64,000 nt of DNA from Phoronis australis (Eukaryota > Animalia > Phoronida). A program made the position numbers and the translations under genes. Under the pieces are notes generated by a model. It saw nothing but the letters and a program-made list of their open reading frames with translations. It searched no databases and was not told the origin of the DNA. Positions 38,101-50,100 of the stretch are shown in pieces. The first letter of the stretch is position 1. Every line of letters begins with the position of its first letter. The DNA is taken from assembly GCA_002633005.1 (NCBI GenBank), contig NMRA01000534.1, forward strand, positions 62,001 through 126,000, read 5' to 3'.

Positions 38101-41100
38101 AAGTGTCCTCGAAGATGCAATGCACTGAGGCTATGTGATGTCCTCAAAGACTTCAAAGTGTCTAGTACAGCTATAAAGAGAGCAACATTTACAACATATC
38201 AAATGTGCGGTGTCTTGGAAAGAAGATCTTTGTTTTAGCAACTATTCCTCGTTAACAAATATAGAATGAAAATGGCCACTAATTCATCAGCCATGCATCA
38301 GAGGAGTACATGGAAATAATCTGACTAAACTATTAAACATACTTTTTGAGAAAAATATAACAATTATTTTTTATACAGATACCTTGACTGAAACTTATTT
38401 CCTTCACTACCTATAAAGTGTGGCAGTGGCTAGCAGTGGTCTCCCAACCTCTTCCCCCAGACAGTGCAGTGATTATGTGACCTTATTGAGAAATCAGCAC
38501 AACCAGCACCTCTGTTTGCACAGTGATAGTGACCCACTTATCACTGATGCATATCACATGACAGTCATGTGACTTGCCTGGCTATCACAAACTATGATTA
38601 ACGTTATGTGGGACCCTTGAAAAATGGCCAAATTTAGCAAACTTTTGAACATCATATCTCAGAAATGGCTGATCAGATTCACATGAAACTTTCAAGACAC
38701 CATACTTTATGCACTGTTCCCAAAATACTTTTAGGAATATTAAGTTATTAAAATTTTCCACTTTTGCATAAGGGGCTATCAAATATAGGGGCATTTATGA
38801 TTTTTATGAACGAAATCAAAAATGGCATAGAAGGAAACCAAAATGATAATTTAGAAAACTGTAACAGTGTTTTGAGATTTCACCTTGCCCATTTATGTCA
38901 AACAGAATTTGGTCAATTCATGTTATCGTTACCATTAGTTTGCTATGGATATGCCTTTCACTACTTACGACAACATAATATATATCCATTTAAGGAAGGA
39001 AGTTGTCTCCTAAATTGTATGACAATTTATGCCTTTTATTAAACTATGTTCCCATTCCAAGAATAGCTCAACTCTTGTGAAAAGCAATGGAAACACATCG
39101 TGAGGACAGAAAAATTTTGCTTCTGTTTTCATTGGTAATTCATCACTTGAGGGTTGATCTCTTTTATTTAACTAATAAACTAAACTTTAAAGAGAAAATA
39201 TCTGCACAAAAATTTAACTTCAAACTAAGATTGAACAAGTTTAGGAGAGTTTAACACACCAACACCAAAAATACCACTTATGACTTCTTACGAGCAGAAA
39301 CATAATGTGTTATATTGTGGAAAACTAGAATTGTTAGCTTGCCTGAGTTTGGAACTTTAGTTATTTCCTTCCTCTGACTAACAGAACATCAAATCAACAC
39401 AAATCCATGCTCCCCTTTGAAATAGTCATGTGCCAGCCGAGGGTAATAGTGACAGTGACACTAGTTGTAAGCCCCGGACATCTGCATGTGATCTCACTTA
39501 AAAGTGTGTAAAATGAAACTCTGCAAAGGGCACATTGCTGTTACTTTTCCAACTGTACAATACTTTTGCCCTAAAAATCCAAGAGTTTAAGACCATAGGG
39601 ACGGGGAAAGGAGTACTCACCAGCTAACGACCTCTTGTACAACGGGGAAAGGAGTACTCACCAGCTAACGACCTCTTGTACACTCCTTGTACAATGGCCG
39701 CCAATTTGAAGCAGGTAAATGCTAAGTAGTACGGCAGATCATCAATCAAGGGAATGTCCATCTTTTGGCAGTACTCATTGACAAGTTGGTCGACGGTAGG
39801 GATACCATGGGCAGCATAATCCAAGTCTTTAATGCCTATAGCATGAATGAGTTTGAATTTTAACAAGGAGCTTTAGTCACCAATGGGAACACAGTCAGTG
39901 GCACACTGCAAGTCATTGATACCTACAGCAATAACTTGCATGGGGCAGGGCTCGACATAAGCAAGTAAACGTGCGAAAATATCAAGAGAAAAAGTAAAAT
40001 AGGAGTAGAAAATTGACCTCACTCGAGCTGGTGCCGAGTCAACGGCCACTTTTTACGAGAACAAATCCAGGAAAATGAGTAATAAATACGCCTTCACTTG
40101 TATTTTTGAGCAGACATATTCACCTGTCTCGAGCTCAGTGGGTTAAAGTTCACATTAGCTAAAATGGTCATGACGCAGTCTTAGGGACTTCAGGAACTAC
40201 AACTAGGTGTAATTATCACTGATCTGAACAGGCCATTATCCACTCATGCTGTGCGGGTAACTGAATAACATGATATAGTTATGTCTGGGATGTTAGTGGA
40301 ACCACTTTCAAGCTGTTGTAGGACCTTATTGACAAGTCTGTGTATTGATCCAAATATCCAGAAAGGTACATTGATAGCAAAACAATGGTAAAAGGTACAT
40401 TGATAGCAAAACAATGGTAAAAGGTACATTGATAGCAAAACAATGGTATCAAACCGATTAGCATTTCAACATTAAATATTAAAACGCTGTTACAGTTTTC
40501 TAAATTCTTATCACTTTTGTTTTATGTACCTTTTTGATTTTTTTTGAACATCATTAGTCATATTTTAATAGCCCTTCATACAAAAGTGGAACATTTCAAA
40601 GACAATTCCTAAAAGTGTTTTAGAAAACAGCGCATGAAACATTATTTGAAAGTTTCCAATGAACACAATCAGCCATTTTTTGAGATCATGTTCCGAAGCA
40701 AGTAAAATTTTACCATTTTTCTAGAGTCTTACATAGACTTAATCAGTGAGAGGCGATGATTGAAATTTCGATGAGCTACGGAATTTCAGTGTGCGAGTAT
40801 GTGTGCACGGACAGCCTATCACAACAATCCAGTGAGATATGAGCTGCTCTGGGATACGATGAGATATAAAGTGAGAGCTGTAATTTGTGTAACTGGTTCG
40901 AAATTCATGAAAATTTGTGTTAACAACAGTATACTAAAAGTAGACATTATAAAATAAAGCGTTGATTCAAATGTGATGAGGACAAGATCTAAAGCTGGCA
41001 GTGAGATTTTTATAGAGTCCTTGTTATCCAGTGTGGTCATCATTTTCCATCTAATTACCACTGACGTTGACATGACTTGTGGGAAAAAACAATGTCCTTA

Positions 41101-44100
41101 ATCATTTACGGATGAAATAATTGTTCTGTCTAGTCCGATACAACTAGAGAACGAATCAGAAGTGGCTTTCATGTTCTCTCGTTTTACTTAAGAGTTTTTA
41201 ACAGACGTCTGCTATTAAAGATTGAAAAAGATGTGTACACGAACTGGGAAATCCGTGTATTATTTTTATTTTCACAATCTTCAGTTCTGCAATAACTGAC
41301 CTGATAAAATAGGATAGTTGGTCGGAATGCAATACATGAACAGGGCAGACGCAAGATCAACCAAAGGATTGCCCAGGGTTGATAACTCCCAATCAATAGT
41401 AGCGACCACATCAGGACGATGAGGGTGATAGATCAAGTTGTCAATCCTAGAAATGGAGAGAATCATGATCACTAATTTACATACTCAACACAGCCTCTGC
41501 AGCTTTCGATTTGAATTTGAACAATGCAACACAAGGATGAAAATTACTCAGTTTCTTTTTAACATGTTTCAATCACAATTTAAAGTTAGTTGTTATAGCT
41601 GTCTTTGCACACCACAATATTTCTAGTCACAGCAAATCAGGAACATTCTATTATTTTACAACATACAGGTTCAGTGTAGGAAACGATTCCATGGATGCGC
41701 CTTTAAAATTCAGCTGTTATGACTTCAGTCCGGAGCAAATCCCAAACCCGCACCCTTACACTCCACACAAGTGCCGAAAATGCTTCACATTTCGGGACTG
41801 GAGATTGATCCCCGGGAATGGAGTTTGGTCACGTGTGCAGAGTTAAGAGGTGTGGGCTTGGAATTTGCACCACGGGTTAGCTGTTTGCTGGTCTAGGACT
41901 GGGCTTCTGAGCATCGAAGATTGAATTTAGAGATGCGGCCATGGAATCCTTTTCACTTAAAAAGTTATCATTAAACCATGTAACCTACATTAAGACTTTA
42001 TGTGATCTATATAGAAATCACAACATACCTGAAGTCTCCGTGAGTCAGACATATTCTTTCATTTTTCGGTAAGTTATCTTCAAGCCATGTGATCAGTCTG
42101 TCAAACACAGGAATGTCGTGTGTTTTACTTGCCTCATACTGCTTTTTCCACCGCGCTACATTTCGTTGAATGAACGGACCTGAAGACATAAATATGATGC
42201 AAACATAACAAAGATAGACTGAAGTAATCATCTAGCGTCTAGAATGGACAGGAATAAATGTTGCAATGAACAGGCAGTGGTTATCACTGAAATCCAACTC
42301 TGTTTCCCAATACTACTTCTGATTTCCATACACTGCATTTTGCCATCATGAGGCACCCCGGTGTCCATCACAGTCAACACGTTTACCTTGTTTTCCGTAG
42401 TCATCCAACTTGGCAGCAGACACGTCCACTGAATGGATTCTACACAGCGTGTCAATCATAGCAGTGAAGATAAGACGGCGCTCTTCAAACTTGCAGTCGA
42501 CCAGTTCAGGGTCCTTGAAGACACGGCCAGGGCAGTGCTCCATAATGTAGAAAGGTGTTCCAAGCAAGCTGGAAATAGGTAACGTGCGTTAGCATATTTG
42601 TGAGTTAGCACTGGCATATTTGTGTGTAGCATGTTAGCACTGGCATATTTGTGTGTAGCATGTTAACACTGACATATTTGTGTGCAGCACATTAGCACTG
42701 GCATTGATGATCACCCTGAACTCAAGAAGCTTTTATTAGATCTTTTTTTCTCTGACCAAGTGCACACAGGACTGACAGCTGATGACACATAAAGTCCAAT
42801 TGCTAAGCACTTGGCGGTTTTAGAGGTGGTGTCGTCCAATTGAAACATAAGCCCCATCCTGCATAAGGAAAATCATATGGAGACAAATGGGTCTCACGTG
42901 CTCGAATAAATTTTTGGTAAATTTGCTCATGGCAAAACAAGGAAGCTGCATAATTTCAAAAACGAAAACAAAATAGACAAATAGCCAAGATTATTTGTTA
43001 GCAAAATGTGACCCTGTATGCTAACAAAAAACTTTGAGTGAACAGAAATGCAGTGGTTTAAATAACCGATGAACTTTTTTGAAACTCACTTGACTGTTGT
43101 CAAACTCTGACAAAAGTCTAGAAGTAAACAACATATTAAATACACATAACTACACCACTTGAAAATAAGTTGAATATTTCCACCCAGGAACTCCCAATTT
43201 TTGACAACAATAGTTCAGTCAACTGTTTTAAACATATTTTTCGTACTTTCGTTGAGCATATGCATGCCAAAAACCAGAGACACAACAACGTTTTATTTCA
43301 AATGAGGTTTTACACAGTCCAGTACACAAATACTAAATAGTCCCTAGACATGAAGAGCACATGCCAAAAGATTTCCTTTCCCAGTCGCAATGGTGAATTC
43401 TACTGGCACTCAGCTGTCCTGATAACAAATTCCACTTCGGGCTAATCACCATGACGGGAATTCCACATCATTTTGTCAGCTTATATTTGGTGCACACTCT
43501 ACCTGCTATCCTCACAGAGTCCCAGCATCTTGGGCACAGGCACCCCAAACTCCTTGACTGCCTTCATAACTCTGAACTCTCTCTCTACGGCATGTGCTGA
43601 TGGAAGCAGTTTACCAGGCTGAAAGGACAAAGCACTGTACAGTGATAACTGGTGCCAGACAATTAGCTATATGAGAAACACAGACAATAAGCAATAGTCA
43701 TGGAGTGAATAAAGTGTTCTCCGTCATTTCAGAAATTATGATAGGTTTGGAATGATAAAATCAAATCTGTGAATTTCACATTCATGGCAATTACGACCAA
43801 TGAAATGACAATGTAGAGAGGATTGAAATAGCTAACTTCCAAATCAAGAGCATGAAATGTTAACAAAATCTTTATTCCCACTTTGTGATACAGTTTCAAC
43901 ACTGCTCACTGTGACAGGATGGATGGCCGAGAATAATACGTGCCCCACTTCCCGCTATTACGCGTGGAACTACTCACCAACACAGGCTACTTACCGGTTT
44001 CTTCCTAAGAACCATATCCTTTCCCCCATACCTCACAAAATATGTTGGGTTGGACTGACCATGTTCATAACATCTTACAAGAGGTTTGTCTGAAAAGAAG

Positions 44101-47100
44101 CAAATTCACAAAATATGAGGAAATTACATAAAGTAATTATTATTGCTTAGGAGCACCACAGATTAAACATTAAGAAATTATGCCATGATAAACACCAGGA
44201 GTAGCCAGCACACCCAGTTGAACTGGTCCAACTTCTAGAGCAAACCACAAGTCTTTGTTCAGCAGACAACATGTGACTTCACGCCCATTAAGTCGATGGC
44301 GTTGAGGCAACAGTTGCACCATTAATCAAGACATGTGTCTTTTCACTCTTTCATTAACCTATTCAACTCAGTGAGAATAGTGTGCTTAGCTTATAGTGTC
44401 TAAAGGCTCTAACAATACATCATGACCATTTTGCTATACTAAGTTATCAAGTACATATTGCCAGACACGTTAGGCAAACTGCGTTTACCATAGAGAAAAT
44501 TTTGAAAGCCACACTCTCACACACTTTTTAATCTGTTTCATTCATTTTTCCACATGAAATTAATTTTTACCTTCACCTTTGGCATGCAACTTAAGTGCCC
44601 AGTTCAGGTAACTTTTCAGCTTGTCAAGTGGTATACGAAGTCTTTCCGGCACTAATATAGTGCCCTCTATAAACGCTCGACAATCAAACCCCAACAACTC
44701 GCTGAGTTCATTGAGGGCCACTTGGCGATCAGACACCTGTTGGTTATAGTAGTAACCATATTCATTGTTAACAGGACTTAAACAGTGTTTAGTAAAATTA
44801 AAACAGCAGTAAACAGGAGGTCCACCCAGGAAACAAATTTTTGATTTCAGACCATTTACCTCTCTGAAATAGGTCTGAACTCAGATCACAAGATTTTTGG
44901 TGTTGCACAGAACTGACAGCTCATTATTGCCCCAGATGATGCTAGGTAAATAAGATGACACACCGTGACAAGTTGACATGATAAACCTTGTCTATAGCAG
45001 TCACACACTGCCAGTCCTTTTCAAACCCAGAAATCATACCTGTTTTGACTAACGAACAATTTGAAGCAAATTTCATAAAGGCAAGTGGTCTAAATCAAAA
45101 GTTGTTTTTGTGACAGAAAGCGGGTTCGTAGCCTCCTTCCTTTATAAAATACGCCTCATTTCGTTTCCTATCGGGGGTAATAATTCCCGATTTCTATTAC
45201 CAGGAATAACGTGGTGTCAGCCAAAAATGTTTCATTTATCAATTTCACTCAAGTTGGACAGACGTCAGTTCAAAAAGGGCAGTTAGCGAGACTTGGTAAT
45301 GGTTTGTGTAGTACTCATTCAAATATTAAACATAAATAAAGTTCAAGAAATATGTTAATAAGGCAATGTGTTAGTGTTCAAGTGTTTGTGAAATAATTAA
45401 ATGAGAGGAAATGCAGCTTCAGTGCATTTTAGACATGAAGCAGTCTTTCAGTTTATGAAGACTTTACCCCCAACACTTCAGTGAAAGGAAATATTGGTGA
45501 CTGCAGCTTCTGTGCAGCCCAATTAAAGGGTCATGTGCGAGCACAGACATCACTATATACACAAATAAGCTCATGATCAACAGAAAAAAACAAGTAGCCA
45601 TCAGAATTGAGAGACATGTGAAAGTGCTGTGCATTTTCCTCAATAAATGCGCAAACAAATGTCAGGTTAGGTCTGCGCCCTATTCATTTACAAAACCTGA
45701 CTCACAACAGCCATCAGGTGACTGTTTAAAAAAGAATTGTCACTGACTGCTTCAGTTGTCAGATTAGCTGTTTTATTGTTGATTTTTTCTGGTTCTAAGT
45801 TCACTGTGGTGATTTTGACATAATTAAATACTGCAGTTTACCAGTTTCTTCCAATAAAGGATTTTTCAAACTATACTGTTTCATGGAAGTCAAATATGAA
45901 CGCTTTCTACGATATTGATCAAACCAGACAATTTATCATTATGAAAATTTGTGTATACTTGCTAAGAAGCTAAATTATATCTGCAACGCACAGCCCACAT
46001 ACAAGTACTTTATGTCCAGGAAACAGTGCTAACAAGATAGATGCAAGGCATTTGTAGAACAAGAATGCCCTGAACAGGAGCCTGGTGTTATAGATTGCAC
46101 ACATAGAAAAATACAGGGCGTTTTAGCAAAATTATGAGTACGCGTGAGAGTGCATGCAGATGGGACCATGCCTGTCTCTGCTGCATGCAAGTCACCAGAA
46201 ACCCATGGCCTCAAACGATTTCTCACTCACGACACCAAATTATTCAAAACAGCATAATCAAGGTAAATCTGCAATGAAGTGCCGGCAAGAAAAATAATAT
46301 CAAAAATAAGCTAATCTCACATATATTCACTCAATGAGTCACAACACACCAAATTACAAAGAAGAAAATACTGAAACCAAATAGATGATGGACAATGTAA
46401 CTCATCAAAAAGGTGAATAATTAGATGTGACAAAATTTTATATCACAGCTGGAACTTTCTATAAAACAATTTTCCCAACATGGTGTATCAAATTAGTTGC
46501 GACTGTGATGAATGTAAAGATTTGTATATTGGTGAGACTGAACAGACAATCAGAAAGCGCATGGCCCAGCACTGCAGAGCAAATGCCAGTGGTTTAAACT
46601 ATGCACTATTTGATCACCATAGTGACACGGGACATTCATTTAAGACAACAGACTAGGGTACTAGAGGGAGAAGGTTTGTGGTTCAAGTGAAGGGTCAGAA
46701 AGGCTGTCTGGGATAAAGCTAAGAGTGCCTCTTTGAATAGATGGAAAAGTGTCAGATTTACGTTGAATGTGTGGCTCATGGTCCAGGGACTTGAAGTTGT
46801 TGTCTATGAACTCCGGCATAGGGCAATGAAATTTTTGTGGGAACCAGTCAGTCATCAATTCCCCATAGAAAGAGCCAGGTGGTGCCACACAATGGGAAAT
46901 TTATTTTACGGTAAGCTCCAGAAGTTGTGATTTACAATTTTTTCACAACTGAAACTGTAAGTACACAGAACAGAGAAGAGGAAAGCTATAGGTCATGCAA
47001 GACTATATGAAATCATACATTATAATCAACTACATGGCATGCATTGTGAAACACCGGCAATTACAACTATAGTTGTGCTGTTATGAATGAGCACGTTGAC

Positions 47101-50100
47101 CTATTAAAAGTAAGAATTATAATAATTTAGTCTTCATACAAGCCACATGTTGATCCAATCACGTGATCTATAGATAAGTCTGAAAAGATCTCTGTCCCGA
47201 CCAGGGATCGAACACGATAGCTCAGTAGATTAGAGCGTCTGCACAGTTAGCAGAAAGTCTCGGGTTTGAGCCACAGTTGGGACATTGATCTCAGACTTAA
47301 TTATAGGTCATGTGACATGATCAACACATGGCATGTAAGAAGACTTGTTACTAATATACAACTATAGTTAGTTAGCAACAAGAGTAGCGCCAGCGTTGCT
47401 ATGGTAAATTTTCTTCAAATTAGAACAAAATATGGTGTAACAGTAAAATTGTATTGCACCAAACTTTAAACAAGAGCAATTAAGAGGAAAATTTTTACTT
47501 GATTATTTGAAAACTTTATATAATATGGCTGGCATCAACAAAACAATGAAATTTTGAGCATTTTTGGTAATACAGTAGGCGTTTGAAAAAATTAAAAAAC
47601 ACGATTTTGGCCATTATTTTTGGTCGAATTTGAGGAAACTTTACCGTAGCTTTAAAAAGAGTAACATTCAGATGAAGAAGTTATAGTGCATAATGTATTT
47701 CCACACTCTGATATCGGGGTCAGTAAGTGTAACTGTTGGTCAATAAATGATGGCAGGTATGACAGCCCAGGGACAGATCCACGAGGGTCAACAATAGAAG
47801 ACTTTCTCACTACAAAATATACTTTTATCTACCACTGAGTGTATAGTTCCAGTCAAATAAGTAAACTCCATGGTTTAATTTGCAGACCAATCTGTGCAGA
47901 AGAATGATTTTACAATTTAATTCAAATATGTCATCAGTTGTCATGTCCAAAGAGTGGTATACAGCTCTTTTCTTCTTTGAAAATCAAGAGCAGGTGTCCC
48001 GAGAGGAAGCAGCTGTGTCCATGCAATAGCAGTGTTACGACTGTTGAACGGTGACTAGATCCTTGCCAAGTTCTTTGTTCAAGTCAGCGAGTGCTTGCTC
48101 TGGACTGTCCACCTGGTTAGTTTTAAACGATTTGGGTTGACAAGTAGTTAGTAAATAATTAGTAACAAAAGTGATAGCAAAAAGAACCAAAGTTAGAAAT
48201 TTTAGAAACACGAGGGTTAAAATAGGACAGAGAATGCAGAGAGTAGACACGTTTTTAATTACAACTGATCAGATGTCATTCCTCATGTTAACACCACGTG
48301 CAGTACTTCACTGATAACTTTTCTAATGAATGCTCGACTGCTTACCTTTTCAGATGTTTGCAATATTATCATGTATCAGGCAGGTTACAGGTCTTAGCCG
48401 TAAGAAGTGGGGGCCCAATAATAGACCAAGTGGTGAGGTATGGTTGTGCCAACTTTGACGAAGAAATTATTTTTACCTTCCTCAAGCTCACAGTGTGGTG
48501 GCGTGTTAAATTAACGATTATAACCACATTTTCTAATTCATGTCCACACTACAGAGCCAGCTCACCTGAATGGCCCTGAAGCCATAGCCACGTGCAGCCT
48601 TACAGTGGATGTGGTGGTCATCTAAGAAGATTGACTCTTCAGCGGTCACTCCAAGTTTTTCCAGACACACACGGAATGGTTCAAACTCAGGCTTCCTGGC
48701 TCCCACTTTGTACGACTCGACAAACTGAAGGCAAAAGGTACGTGAAGACCCTTGTTATAAGATGACGCAAAAATGAACGACGCACAGCAACGTTTGGGTT
48801 CATGAAAGCATTAACGTCCTCAATTTGCTTGATCGATATAATTAGTTACAAGAACTTTCAGATGATGAGTAAAAATTATTATTTATCGTTCATTACAGTT
48901 CACTTCTAGATTAACGGGGTTACTTGATACATTTATAGTTGGTTTCAATTTCTCAAATAACATGTAATTCAAAATCAGCTAATATATTAATATAAAAATT
49001 ATTTTGACTCCCCGTAACGAAAAACAAGTCAAAGTCCACTTCCGAAGCATTTACTAAGACACAGGTCACAGTATTGCAGTCCTTATCCAGGGGACAACTT
49101 AATTAACTCTCGATTATTCTAACAATCATTGAAAGGAGATTTTTGATGAGCAGTTTATAGTATGTAAAGATGATAGTTGTATGACAAAAATACTGATTTT
49201 TGTATGTTTTCTAAAATATGAATAAATTGTCAATTTTAAGCTGGCGTTACTAAGGGGAATTTCTGGTAGTAACTCCCAGGACATGAATTTGGAAAATGGC
49301 ATTTTTACCTTAATAACCTATAAGCATGCTCAGGCATATACAGATAAAATGCGCCAACCATGACGTAGAATGTGGACCAATATGTAGTATGGGTAGTTAC
49401 AGCATATATGATACAGACAGTACCCACTTAGTTAAGTTCATTTTGCACACAAGCCAAAACTGATTCAGAAGCACATAAAGCATACATGCACTGAAGTAAA
49501 CTATGTCCTAGTTCTTATAAAGACTGTCTTATTCTTGTTTGATACTCGCTGGTGAGGGGAGGTTTGTCAAAATTACCACATCGAAGAGAGACATAAACTC
49601 ATCGGGAAACATATTTCGCCCGTCTTTGAATCCAAAGTTGTTAGTGATGACTGCAGTTTTCAATCCTTCTGCTCGCACGCATTTAACAGCTTCAATCATT
49701 TCAGGATAGGGGGCAGTATGTGTCTCTAGAAACCTTGGTAGTATCCATGAAGCATCAACCTGGCGCCCGGCCTGAAATGAAATTAGGTTTCCCTAAACTT
49801 CTACTGTTGAAGTGAAAATTGCGATATTTTGAACATTCTAGAAAAAACAAGTTCTGAATAATGCCACAAACATATGGCGCAATATGCAAAAGGAATAAGA
49901 AAAGTTCGTAAATTTCAAAACTTTAGACTATAGTCAACCGGTCCCAACATAGCTGGGTTCTGACTCCATGAGTAGATATCAAATACAAGAAATAGAGCAT
50001 TAGCTTTGAAAAGTTCAACAGATTAGTATTTGTATCAGACAAATCTTTGTATATGTCAAAGGCACAACACAGTTTAACTGACATTGAACTAAAATGAATT

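Noticed and set aside
39946-40137. Possible CAGGGCTCGA-terminated MITE
   Set aside because: Right TIR too degenerate and no TSD seen
47216-47283. Functional tRNA gene
   Set aside because: No acceptor stem pairing, degenerate T-loop (GGTTTGAG), non-canonical anticodon loop, embedded in a palindromic repeat
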